Shown here piece after piece: positions 11,223-21,949 of a stretch of 31,298 nucleotides of DNA. Numbering within the stretch: position 1 is the stretch's first letter; each line of letters starts with the position of its first letter. Source of the stretch: Octopus sinensis (taxonomy: Eukaryota); contig NW_021836715.1 of NCBI RefSeq assembly GCF_006345805.1, forward strand, positions 1 through 31,298, read 5' to 3'. The translations under genes and the position numbers were made by a program. The notes under the pieces are model-generated. The model ran no database searches, was not told where the DNA came from, and saw nothing but the letters and a program-made list of their open reading frames with translations.

Positions 11223-11544
11223 GCGTAAGGAGTTACTTTTCAATCACTCTGTTGTTGTATGAAGCATTGATTAAAAGAGGTCAGCTGCTAAACAGATGTG
11301 AATTCCTCATCATGTAAACTTGAAAGATCTCATTCGTTTTGTCTTATTGAGGACTCGACAACCTCTGTAGTGTCTCTGCCACATCAATATATGCTCACTA
11401 AGCCAAACAAAGTTATTGGTGCTGGGAAGGGCATCCAGCCATAGAAACCATGCCAAAACAGACATGTATGTACAAGCATTTGCTTATGAATATATAAACA
11501 TGTGTGTGTGTGTTTATATTTATGTATCTGTATACGCATATGGG

Positions 11545-11846
11545 TGGAGGCGCAATGGCCCAGTGGTTAGGGCAGCGGACTCGCGGTCGCAGGATCGCAG
11601 TTTCGATTCCCAGATGGGGCGTTGTGAGTGTTTATTGAGCGAAAACACCTAAAAAGCTCCACGACGCTCCGGCAGGGGGTGGTGGCGATCCCTGCTGTAC
11701 TCTTTCCCCACAACTTTCTCTCACTCTTTCTTCTGTTGGCCTGCTCACTTAGCCAGCGGGGTGGCATCATTTGAAGGCTAAAACAGTGCAAACGCATTGT
11801 GACCAGCGATGTGTAACAACATCTAATGGTCTGGTCGGTCACGTGA
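11545..11846 (+). mobile_element. SINE family B, subfamily a
   Basis: tRNA-like head TGGAGGCGCAATGGCCCAGTGGTTAGGGCAGCGG..GTTTCGATTCCC. The 3' end GGTCTGGTCGGTCACGTGAT is shared with 20261-20559. Confidence 0.88.
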
Positions 11847-11884
11847 TATGTATATGGATACATGTATCTTGGCTGACACACACT

Positions 11885-12146
11885 GTTTTGGGGTTTCAAA
11901 AGTCCACAAATGTTCAGCATTCAGCCAAATAACCTCAGAGATGTGGTGGTCTTGAAAGAGCATCTGGATAGCTTTTTATCTGAAACACCAGATGAACGCA
12001 CATGGTTGGATGAGGCAGAAAGGAGGGCGGCTCAGTCTGACTTGTTGTTTCACCAAGAACAGTACAGAAAAGTAACCCAAGCACACTGAAGAGTGGTGCT
12101 CCAGCATGACCTCAGCCTCTGGTTGAAACTAGTAAAGGATAAAAGA
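11885..12146 (+). mobile_element. Degenerate CR1/L2-type LINE 3' end
   Basis: Translates GFKSPQMFSIQPNNLRDVVVLKEHLDSFLSETPDE...RRAAQS (cf. GP.LFN.LP..LR...FK..LD.FL...PD.P), followed by GGTGCTCCAGCATG..CAGCCTCTGGTTGAAACTAG. Confidence 0.65.
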
Positions 12147-12257
12147 TGTGTGTGTTTGTGTCAACTTGAGTAAGAAACACTCGCCCACCAAGGTTCCACA
12201 CAATGGGACTGAACCTGAAACCATACCTGCACCTATATGCATACATACATATGTGCA

Positions 12258-12416
12258 TGTGTGGTAAGTAGCTTGCTAACCAACCACATGGTTCCGGGTT
12301 CAGTCCCACTGCGTGGCACCTTGGGCAAGTCTCTTCTGCTATAGCCCCAGGCCAACCAATGCCCTGTGAGTGGATTTGGTAGACGGAAACTGAAAGAAGC
12401 CCGTCGTATATATGTA

Positions 12417-12455
<39 letters not shown>

Positions 12456-12824
12456 TGTGTACAGTGCTCAGGTGCACTACAACTCATCTAAAGTGTATAT
12501 ATAATCAGGTGTAGTTTCGACGGATTTCGGGAAGCATGAGGGCCATAAAGGATACAGTGTCATGGCAGTCAACAACTGATGCAGGCAGTTTATTCCACGC
12601 TTCAGCTGTGTGTATGTTTGTGTGTCTGTGTTTGTCCCCCCAACATTGCTTGACAACCGATGCTAGTGTGTTTACGTCCCCGTTACTTAGTGATTCGGCA
12701 AAAGAGACCGATAGAATAAGTACTGGGCTTACAAAAGAATAAGTCCCGGGGTCGAGTTGCTCGACTAAAGGCGGTGCTCCAGCATGGCCGCAGTCAAATG
12801 ACTGAAACAAGTAAAAGAATAAGA

Positions 12825-12828
<4 letters not shown>
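12258..12828 (+). mobile_element. SINE family A split by a nested LINE fragment
   Basis: 5' half at 12258-12423 and 3' half at 12607-12828. Confidence 0.85.
12424..12606 (-). mobile_element. CR1/L2-type LINE 3' end with (TTA)n tail
   Basis: Minus translation AEAWNKLPASVVDCHDTVSFMALMLPEIRRNYT* (WN.LP motif), then a short UTR and (TTA)n. Confidence 0.75.
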
Positions 12829-12877
<49 letters not shown>

Positions 12878-12890
12878 CTAATATATATTT

Positions 12891-13185
12891 CATCATCATC
12901 ATTGTTTAACGTCCGCTTTCCATGCTAGCATGGGTTGGACAATTTGACTGAGGACTAGCAAACCAGATGGCTGCACCAGGCTCCAATCTTGATCTGGCAG
13001 AGTTTCTACAGCTGGATGCCCTTCCTAATGCCAACCACTCCCAGTGTGGTAGTGGGTGCTATTACATGCCACTGGCACGAGGGCCAGTCAGGTGGTACTG
13101 GCAACATCCCAGCTTAAATGGTGTTTTTACGTGCCACCTGCACAGGAGCCAGTCTAGCAGCACGGGCAATGACTTCGCTCGAATG
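12891..13185 (-). mobile_element. Family C retroposon
   Basis: (CAT)n-GTTTAACGTCCGCTTTCCATGCTAGCATGGGTTGG...GGATGCCCTTCCTAATGCCAACC. Confidence 0.88.
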
Positions 13186-13235
13186 TTTTTTTCCTGTGTA
13201 TATATGTATATACATATATATGCATATATATATAC

Positions 13236-13279
<44 letters not shown>

Positions 13280-13289
13280 GCATATATGG

Positions 13290-13672
13290 GTACAGGACAT
13301 CACCAAACAGTAAAGAACATGAAATACGAAAGCAAGTGAGTTCAATACGCAAACAACGAGAGAAACAAATGGAAAATAGGACAAGTAACACAAAGAACGA
13401 CCCTTCATCAGTTGTCGGCTGTCTGTCTATTCTTCATTTCGAGCATTGAACGGCAATATGAGTCTTCAAAGACAGTTGCTCCCATAAGTGCAAAAATAAA
13501 ATTCTGGATTTATGGAGGGTCAAAGTCAGGAACAAAAACAGGACAGTGAAGACATACCAAGGAAAGCAGACATGAAGAGTTGTTAGACCAGAACAAGGGT
13601 AAAATAGCGAATGCTGGAGAAATATTTTCTCTGAAAAGAGAGAAAAAACAGAAGAGAGAGATAGAATACATA
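13290..13672 (-). mobile_element. Unclassified interspersed repeat, family D
   Basis: AATGCTCGAAATGAAGAATAGACAGACAGCCGACAACTGATGAAGGG recurs nearly identically at 21954-22000 on the + strand. Confidence 0.55.
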
Positions 13673-13685
13673 TCATATATATATG

Positions 13686-13716
<31 letters not shown>

Positions 13717-13901
13717 TTGAGTAATTGAATGAATTATCTTATTAAGGATAATTCGAAAGATAACTGATACCTGGGTAGCAAATTCAATCTGCATAATGTA
13801 CTCCTTATTCCTTCGGAATTAGGAATATGCAGCCTTCGAAACATATGCGAGAATAAAGGATATTTGTTAACTAGTCGTTCAACTCCATTCTTTCATATAC
13901 T

Positions 13902-13939
<38 letters not shown>

Positions 13940-14145
13940 ATATATATATATGTGTATGTATATATATATATATATGTATGTATGTATGTTCCTTTCACAA
14001 TGTGTGGAGCTAATACATTTCTTATGCATGATCTCAAGTTGTTCGTTTTTATTCAGTTATTTGAACTATTTGTTTATTTGAATTGACGAGATAGATTGAT
14101 AGATATAGATATATATATATATATATATATATATATCTTTTTTTT

Positions 14146-14366
14146 CAATTCAATTCAATTTTTATTGGCTCAAAAAGCAAAAGCAAGGCCATGTAGAGGG
14201 ACAGGGAGTTATGTACAGAGAGGGTGGTCATACAAAGAGTTCAGGCCATTTCTGGTCAAGAGAGACTTTGAACCGAGCAGTCGTTGGCATCTTCACTAGC
14301 TCGTCCGGCAGCTTATTCCACGGATCCGCAACCCAGACGGAGAAAGCCCCTCTCCTTCGATCGAGA
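14146..14366 (-). mobile_element. CR1-type LINE 3' end with (AATTG)n tail
   Basis: Minus translation RFHLDRRRGAFSVWVADPWNKLPDELVKMPTTARFKVSLDQKWPELFV* (stop at 14228-14230). This is the typical FS.RV...WN.LP...FK..LD CR1 terminus. Confidence 0.85.
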
Positions 14367-14416
14367 TGAAATCGTCATAAACATATATATTAGTATCAAT
14401 GTATCTATCTATCTAT

Positions 14417-14480
14417 GATTTTGATTTTTTGATTTTTCCAGTTTCAGCTCATGAGCTGTGGCCATGCTGGGGCACTGCCA
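14417..14480 (-). mobile_element. Solo LINE/SINE 3' tail
   Basis: Reverse complement of the 9124-9178 tail. Confidence 0.7.
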
Positions 14481-15009
14481 TATATACATATATATACACA
14501 CACATATGTATAAATACATATGCGTGCATGGGTATGTACTGTATATAATAGGTTTCTTAGGTCAGGAGTGACCAGGACAGGGGTGGCTGGAATAAACAAC
14601 AACAACAACAACGACAACCCCTATTTTGAGGTAGAGATAGGTTTAGGGGTAAATAACAGACAGTCATATCTGAAAAGTCTGTATACAACCAGAAAAATAT
14701 GAAAATAAACCAAAAAACAAAACAAAAGAAGAAAGGCTAAAAATATATAGAAAAATATTATATTTAAAAAAAAAAAGCATAAAGAAAAAACAAGTTTTAC
14801 ATTAATTCCAAAACAGTGAATTCTTGGTTAATCCAATTTGAAAAAAAGAGAAAAATATTCCTGAAAGTGTCTGAAGAATTGAAGATGGCAAAATGAAAGT
14901 GATGAAGAGAGATGAGAATGGAAAGAATTCATGTTTTATATATTCAACACTGCGATACGACAAAGTGAAGTCTCGCAGGAATTAAAGACAAAGGAGGAGC
15001 AGCAGCAGT

Positions 15010-15680
15010 AGTAGCAGCAGTGGTGGTGGCAGTGGTTTAAGGGTGGCGGTGAGGATAACAGATTAATGATTGCGGTAATGGGAGTGATGGTGGTAACAGC
15101 GGTAGTGGTGGTGGTGGTAGTTGTGGCGGGGTAGTGGTAGTCGTGGTGGCGGTGGTGGTTGTGGTTGTGATAATGGTTGTGGTGGTGGTGGTAGTGGTTG
15201 TTGTGGCGGTGGTGGTTGTGGTTGTGATTGTGGTGGTAGTCGTGGTGGCGGTGGTGGTTGTGATAGTGATTGTGGTGGTGGTGGTGGTGGTTGTGGCGGT
15301 GGTGGTTGTGGTTGTGATAGTGGTGGTGATGGTAGTCGTGGTAGTCGTGGTGGCGGTGGTGGTTGTGATAGTGGTTGTGGTGGTGGTGGTTGTGGTGGCG
15401 GTGGTGGTGGTGGTTGTGATAGTGGTGGTAGTGGTGATAGTAGTCGTGGTAGTCGTGGTGGCGGTGGTGGTTGTGGTTGTGATAGTGGTCGTGGTAGTCG
15501 TGGTGGCGGTGGTGGTTGTGATAGTGGTTGTGGTGGTGGTGGTTGTGGTGGCGGTGGTGGTGGTGGTTGTGATAGTGGTGGTGGTGGTGATGGTAGTCGT
15601 GGTAGTCGTGGTGGCGGTGGTGGTTGTGGTGGTGGTGGTTGTGGTGGCGGTGGTGGTGGTTGTGGTGGCGGTGGTGTTGG
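15010..15680. repeat. (GGT/GTA/GTT)n tract with higher-order repeat units
   Basis: GGTAGTCGTGGTAGTCGTGGTGGCGGTGG and GTTGTGATAGTGG blocks recur several times. Confidence 0.9.
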
Positions 15681-15964
15681 TGAGGGTAGTTGGGGGGGTT
15701 GCCAGAGGAGATGGGTTGCCATAGTAAAAAAAGAGAGTGGTGGTAGAGGAGCAGGGAAAAAGTATAACTTGCATGCTAAGGTAGACGAAGCCAAGTATTG
15801 GCAGAGGAGGAGGGTGAGGAACCAAAAACAGCCAAAAAAAATTTTAATAATAATAAATAATAAAAAAGGTAAAATGATTATTTTTGCTTTTCTTTTTTGC
15901 GTTTTCGAGAAATACAAAGACACATTTCGGTATTTACAGAAAATGTCAATTTATAGATTGGTTT

Positions 15965-16345
15965 AAAAAAAAAAAGAGAAGAAGGAGGAGGAGGAGGAGA
16001 AGGACAAAGAGAAGAAGAAGAAGAAGAAGAAGGAGAAGGAGAAGAAGAATGGAGGAGGAGAAGGAGAAGAAGAAGAAGAAGTAGAAGGAGAAGAAGAAGG
16101 AGAAAAAGAAGAAGAAAGAGAAAAAGAAAAAAAAGAAGAAGAAGGAGAAGAAGAGGAAGAAGAAAAAGAAGAAGAAGGAGAAAAAGAAGAAGGAGAAGGA
16201 AAAGAAGGAGAAGAAGAAGGAGAAGAAGAAGGAGAAGAAGAAGAAGAAGAAGGAGAAAAAGAAGAAGAAGAAGAAGGAGAAGGAAAAGAAGAAGAAGAAG
16301 GAGAAGAAGAAGAAGAAGAAGGAGAAGAAGAAGAAGAAGAAGATG
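15965..16345. repeat. (GAA/GGA)n purine tract
   Basis: Direct reading of the sequence. Confidence 0.95.
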
Positions 16346-16549
16346 GGTGAAGAAAGAATATGTTGAGGAAAAAGAAGGAGGAATCACAACAGAAATCAAT
16401 TGTTAATAATTTCGGAAAGAGAGAGAATAAAGGATGCTGATAAATGTCGATGATGGAAGAGTTTAATCTTTTGAGAAATAAAGCTGACGAGAAAAAATAT
16501 TGATAATCTTTCACTTAGAAACCTAGTCAACCCATCACATACACCACCA

Positions 16550-16752
16550 CCTCTCTCTCTCTCACTCTTTCTGTATCTCTGTCTGTCTCTCTATAGATAT
16601 GTATATATATATGTCTCTGTCTTCCCAGCTCTCTGTCTCTCTCACTCCCTCTCTCTGTTTCTCTCTCTCTCCATTTCTCTCTCTCTCTCTCTCTGTTTCT
16701 CTCTCTCTCTCTCTCTGTTTCTCTCTCTATATATACATGTATATACATTTAC

Positions 16753-16783
<31 letters not shown>

Positions 16784-16965
16784 TTTATATAAATATATAT
16801 ATATATACATTTATATAAATATATATGTATATATATATATATCTACATTTATATATATATACATTTATATAAATATATATATATATATATATATACATTA
16901 TATACACATATATATATCTATTTATATATGTATATCTGTATGTGTGTGTATGTATCACATGGCCT

Positions 16966-17041
<76 letters not shown>

Positions 17042-17045
17042 CTTT
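16550..17045. repeat. (CT)n and (TA)n compound microsatellite
   Basis: Direct reading of the sequence. Confidence 0.95.
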
Positions 17046-17300
17046 CTTCTCTCTCATAATAAACTCTTTATGGAATTCTTTCTTCAGAGTGCATTCTGAT
17101 TTATTCTCACTATAATATCATTTCATATGGAGATATGTATCATATCACCATTATGTCATATATTTTATATTCTCTAGTGTCTATCACAAAGTGTGGTCTT
17201 CAAGTTTTGCCAAACAGCTTATTCAACCATTTGACCAAGATGTTCGCCAACACGAAACTTTACCAGAAATTTTACTCAACTTTACTCAAATTTTACTCAA

Positions 17301-17678
17301 GGCGCAGGAGTGGCTGTGTGGTAAGTAGCTTGCTTACCAACCACATGGTTCTGGGTTCAGTCCCACTGCGTGGCATCTTGGGCAAGTGTCTTCTGCTATG
17401 GCCCCGGGCCGACCAAAGCCTTGTGAGTGGATTTGGTAGACGGAAACTGAAAGAAGCCCATCGTATATATGTATATACATATATATGTATGTGTGTGTGT
17501 TTGTGTGTGTGTGTGTTTACATCCTCGTCACTTAGCGGTTCTGCAAAGGAGACCGATAGAATAAGTACTGGGCTAACAAAGAATAAGTCCCGGGGTCGAT
17601 TTGCTCGACTAAAGGCGGTGCTCCAGCATGGCCACAGTCAAATGACTGAAACAAGTAAAAGAGAGTAAAAGAGAGTAA
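17301..17678 (+). mobile_element. SINE family A with small internal deletion
   Basis: GGCGCAGGAGTGGCTG head to a (GAGAGTAAAA) tail. Confidence 0.92.
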
Positions 17679-17739
17679 CTCTCTGTAGAGATTCTCCTTC
17701 ATAGGAAGCATTCTATTATTCTTCTTAAACTTGCTCTAA

Positions 17740-17959
17740 TCCTTTAGGATTTAAACTGGCCATATCCGGTACAAATATTCCACCTGTTTTTAATCAAACT
17801 GGTCAGATCTGGCCCTTCACGCCTACCCTACAATGTCATTTCTAAAACTAAATAATCCAATCATTGAAATCTCAAAGCTAAGAGATAATGCAGGATTAAT
17901 TCAAAACAATGTGAATTGACACGGATTACATTTGACAGAGAATTATGAATGCTAGAGGG
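17740..17959. mobile_element. piggyBac-like MITE, family P2
   Basis: CTAA|TCCTTTAGGATT ... GAATGCTAGAGGG|TTAA. The left end is degenerate. Confidence 0.7.
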
Positions 17960-17990
17960 TTAATGTTAATGATATATACATCAATAATAT

Positions 17991-18210
17991 ATCATCATCA
18001 TCATCATCATCGTTTAACGTCCGTTCTCCATGCTAGCATGGGTTGGACGGTTCGACCGGGGATCTGGGAAGCCAGAAGGCTGCCCCAGGCTCCGGTTTTA
18101 TCTGGCAATGTTTCTACAGCTGGATGCCCTTCCTAACACCAACCACTCCGAGAGTGTAGTGGGTGCTTTTTACGTGCCACCTGCACTGGAGCCAGGCGAG
18201 GCTGGCATCG
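17991..18210 (-). mobile_element. Family C retroposon
   Basis: Near-identical to 24611-24850. Confidence 0.88.
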
Positions 18211-18214
18211 GCCT

Positions 18215-18531
18215 ACATATATTAAATATTCTACCTGCTTTCTGCTGGCCAGATCTAGCCTCTCATGCATACCCTACAATGTCATTCTAAAAATAAACAA
18301 TTGCATCATTGAAATCTCAAAGCTAAGAGATAATCCATGATTAGCGGAAAGCAATGTGAATAAATAAGCATTATATTTGACAGAGTAATCTGAATGCTAG
18401 AGGGTTAAATATTTTACTGTTTTATATTTTACCAGCTAGATCTGACCTCTTGCACCAATCCTACAATGCCATTCTAAAAATAAACAATCTCCTTATTGAA
18501 ATCTCAAAGCTGAGAGACAGTGCATGATTAT
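18215..18531. mobile_element. Two further truncated P2 MITE copies in tandem
   Basis: 18215-18404 ends GCTAGAGGG|TTAA. 18410-18531 repeats CTACAATG.CATTCTAAAAATAAACAAT..TTGAAATCTCAAAGCT and is interrupted by a SINE. Confidence 0.7.
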
Positions 18532-18880
18532 GCAATATGCCCGTGGGCATATGGCATAGTGGTTAAGAGCGCGGGCTACTAACCCCAAGATTCTGAGATC
18601 AATTCCAGGCAGTAACCTGAATAATAATAATAATAATAATAATAAATAATAATAATAATAATAATCCCAAGATTTAAAACAAACTTTTTTTTATTTAATT
18701 ATTTTTTTATTTTTTTATTTTATTTTTATGTATTAGACATTCACTTGTACAATACCAAAAAAAACCCAAAAAACCCCCAAATATATGGCACAGAACTTCC
18801 AACCTGTTGTCTCTTGAGGTCTCTGGGTGAGACTTGGAGCCAACTTGTACAGACATAAAGCAAAAGTCAAACATAGAATG

Positions 18881-18917
<37 letters not shown>

Positions 18918-19088
18918 TAATAACAACAATAATAATAACAACAACAACATCGAAAAATACCTTAGGAATGAGAATCCAGGTTCAAAATTTCCCCAAAACA
19001 CCTGAAGCAGGCTGGAGGGTATACCAGCCGAAACGTTGTATTAACAACAAACAAGATGAGAACAAATGTCGTCAAATGTAAATAATGG
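18532..19088 (+). mobile_element. tRNA-headed SINE with Penelope-like hammerhead tail, flanked by a 13-bp TSD
   Basis: A box TGGCATAGTGG at 18552-62 and degenerate B box GATCAATTC at 18597-605, with (AAT)n tracts. TSD AGTGCATGATTAT at 18519-18531 and 19089-19101. Confidence 0.75.
18997..19042 (+). ncRNA. Minimal type I hammerhead motif (mutated core)
   Basis: Stem I AACAC/GTATT (1 mismatch). Core CTGAAGCA departs from CUGANGA. Stem II GGCTGG/CCAGCC is perfect. GAAA is followed by the palindrome AACGTT in place of stem III. Confidence 0.55.
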
Positions 19089-19297
19089 AGTGCATGATTA
19101 TTTGTACTTTGTGGCCAATAAAAGGTTTCTCAACCGATCTCAGGTGAGTGAAGTCACCTGTAACAATAAAAGCATAAGCGGTTGTATTCCTGGCGGCGGT
19201 ATCTGAGGATATCACAAAGTTGTGTGTCCTGATGGCAATTTGGGTGGGTGGCAGTAAATAATTCCAAGTAGAAGTGTTGACATGGTCATGCATGTAT

Positions 19298-19517
19298 CTA
19301 TTTCTTTACTACCCACAAGGGGCTAAACACAGAGGGGACAAACGGATTAAGTCGATTATATCGACCCCAGTGCGTAACTGGTACTTATTTAATTGACCTC
19401 GAAAGGATGAAAGGCAAAGTCGACCTCAGCGGAATTTGAACTCAGAACGTAACGGCTGACGAAATACGGCTACGCATTTTGCCCGGCGTGCTAACGTTTC
19501 TGCCAGCTCGCCGCCTT
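19298..19517 (-). mobile_element. tRNA-derived SINE family E (Meta-domain-like)
   Basis: Minus strand AAGGCGGCGAGCTGGCAGAAACGTTAG..GAGTTCAAATTCC..GCCTTTCATCCTTTCGAGGTCAATTAAATAAGTACCAG. The Meta assignment is from recall. Confidence 0.75.
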
Positions 19518-19601
19518 AGTATCGCAGAAAAATACTTCTTGTTGTGATTGGTTCAAATCAACTAAACAATGTGAATTTATAAGCTTTACATTTGACAGAG
19601 T

Positions 19602-19964
19602 GGAGGCACATGGCCAAAGAGTTAGAGCAGTGGACTCGTGAATGAGGTGTTGCAGGTTCAAATCTCAGACCGGGCGATGTGTGTGTTTATGTGGATTTGG
19701 TAGACGGAAACTGAAAGAAGCCCATCATATATAAATATATGTATGTATTTTCCCCCACACACACACCATCACTTGACTACTGATGTTGGTGTGTTTACAT
19801 CCCCATGATTTAGCAATATGATCCCAACAAAATATGTCCAAGGCTTATAAAGAATAAGTCCTGGGGTCGATTTGTTCGACTAAAGGCGGTGCTCCAGCAT
19901 GACCATAGTCAAATGACTGAAATGAATGAAAAAGAGTATATACATACATACATATGTGTGTGTG

Positions 19965-20012
<48 letters not shown>

Positions 20013-20245
20013 TATATATGTATGTATGTTTGTATGTGTTTGTGTGTCTGTGTTTGCCCCCACACCATCACTTGGTAACCGATGTCAGTGTGTTTACATC
20101 CCCGCGACTTAGCAGTTCGGTAATATGACCCCAACAGAATAAGTCCTAGGCTTACAAAAAATAAGTCCTGGGGTTGATTCGTTCGACTAAAGGCGGTGCT
20201 CCAGCATGGCCACAGTCAAATGACTGAAATGAATAAAAAAGAGTA
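19602..20245 (+). mobile_element. Composite: degenerate family B head, family A body, then a second family A 3' half
   Basis: 19602-19685 is a B-like head, 19690-19938 is the A middle and tail, and 20030-20245 repeats the A 3' half. Confidence 0.75.
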
Positions 20246-20260
20246 TATATATATATATAT

Positions 20261-20559
20261 GATCACATCATGATCACATGACCGACCAGACCATCAGATG
20301 TTGTTACACATCGCTGGTCACAATGCGCTTCACATTGTTTTAGCCTTCGAATGACGCCACCCCGCTGGCTAAGCGAGCAGGCCAACAGAAGAAAGAGTGG
20401 TGAAAGAGTACGGCAGGGTTCGCCACCACCCCCCTGTCGGAGCCTCGGCAGCTTTAGGTATTTTCGCTCAATAAGCACACAATGCCCAGTCTGGGAATCG
20501 AAACCGTGATCCTACGACCGCGAGTCCCCTGCCCTAACCACTGGGCCATTGCGCCTCCA
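20261..20559 (-). mobile_element. SINE family B, subfamily a
   Basis: Reverse complement of 11545-11846. Confidence 0.88.
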
Positions 20560-20577
20560 CACACACACACACACCAC

Positions 20578-20663
<86 letters not shown>

Positions 20664-21258
20664 CACACACACACACACACACATACATATATATATATAC
20701 ACACGCACGCATATATATATGTATGTGTGTATATATAAATCAATAAGATTACCTGAGGCACAATTCCTGTTAGATTCTCTTTAGAAATGTTTCTGTTATT
20801 TAGCTTTCCTGTTTGTCAAAGAATCACAGAAGAATCTCTTTATAAATTCCAGCATGTTCCATGAAATGCTCAGCAGAGTGTATATTAATGCAACACAGAA
20901 GAACTGTGCGTGTTGATAACCAGCAGGCAACAGGAACGGAATAAAGAAGAAAAAAATAACACAAAGAACAAACAAAAACAAAATAAATCGACAACAAAAA
21001 AAAAACAAATAAAATCTTAACAAACTTATGTAGGAAGGAATGGTTAGGAATGGTGTGGGAAGGGCGGCGAAGATATTGCTCAAGCAGATAGGGTGTAGGG
21101 GTTAAATTAAGGAGGGAAATACCTCTTTGAAGATTCAGTTGGCAGTCAACATCCACGGAATTACATTCTTCCTCATTGATATTTGGTGTTCGCCAATAAG
21201 GTTATCAGCACAATGCTAGTCTTCATGTGTGTGTGTGTGTGTCTGTGTGTCTGTATAA

Positions 21259-21844
21259 TCATCATCATCATTTAATGTCTGCTTTCTATGCTGGCATGGG
21301 TTGGACGGTTTCACAGGAGGTGGCCAGGCAGAAGACTACACCAGACGTCTGTGTCTGTTTTGGTATGGTTTTATGATGGAGGCGCAATGGGCCAGTGGTT
21401 AGGGCAGCGGACTCGCGGTCATAGGATCGTGGTTTCGATTCCCAGACCGGGCGTTGTGAGTGTTTATTGAGCGAAAACACCTAAAAGCTCCACGAGGCTC
21501 CGGCAGGGGGTGGTGGTGATCCCTGCTGTACTCTTTCACCACAACTTTCTCTCACTCTTTCTTCCTGTTTCTGTTGTACCTGTATTTCAAGGGGCCGACC
21601 TTGTCACTCTCTGTGTCACGCTGAATATCCCCGAGAACTACATTAAGGGTACACGTGTCTCTGGAGGGCTCAGCCACTTACATGTTAATTTCACGAGCAG
21701 GCTGTTCCGTTGATTCAGATCAACCAGAACCCTCATCGTTGTAACCGACAGAGTGCTTCCAAATGGTTTTATGGCTGGATGCCCTTCTAAATGCCAACCA
21801 CTTTACAGTGTGGACTGGATACTTTTTACATGGCACCATCACCA

Positions 21845-21846
<2 letters not shown>
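21259..21846 (-). mobile_element. Family C retroposon interrupted by a family B SINE
   Basis: The C tail at 21259-21375 resumes at 21763 (GGCTGGATGCCCTTCTAAATGCCAACC). Confidence 0.8.
21376..21762 (+). mobile_element. SINE family B, subfamily b, full length with 11-bp TSD
   Basis: TSD ATGGTTTTATG at 21365-21375 and 21763-21773. Confidence 0.92.
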
Positions 21847-21889
<43 letters not shown>

Positions 21890-21897
21890 ATATACAC

Positions 21898-21945
<48 letters not shown>

Positions 21946-21949
21946 TATA

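Noticed and set aside
11545-11620. tRNA genes at SINE heads (also 18540-18615, 21377-21450, 19440-19517)
   Set aside because: They have A/B boxes but no complete cloverleaf with an acceptor stem, and each continues into a multi-copy SINE body.
13723-13765. GAATTATC/GATAATTC 8-bp hairpin followed by GAAA
   Set aside because: The upstream TTGAAT does not match CUGANGA in register, and there is no stem III or stem I.
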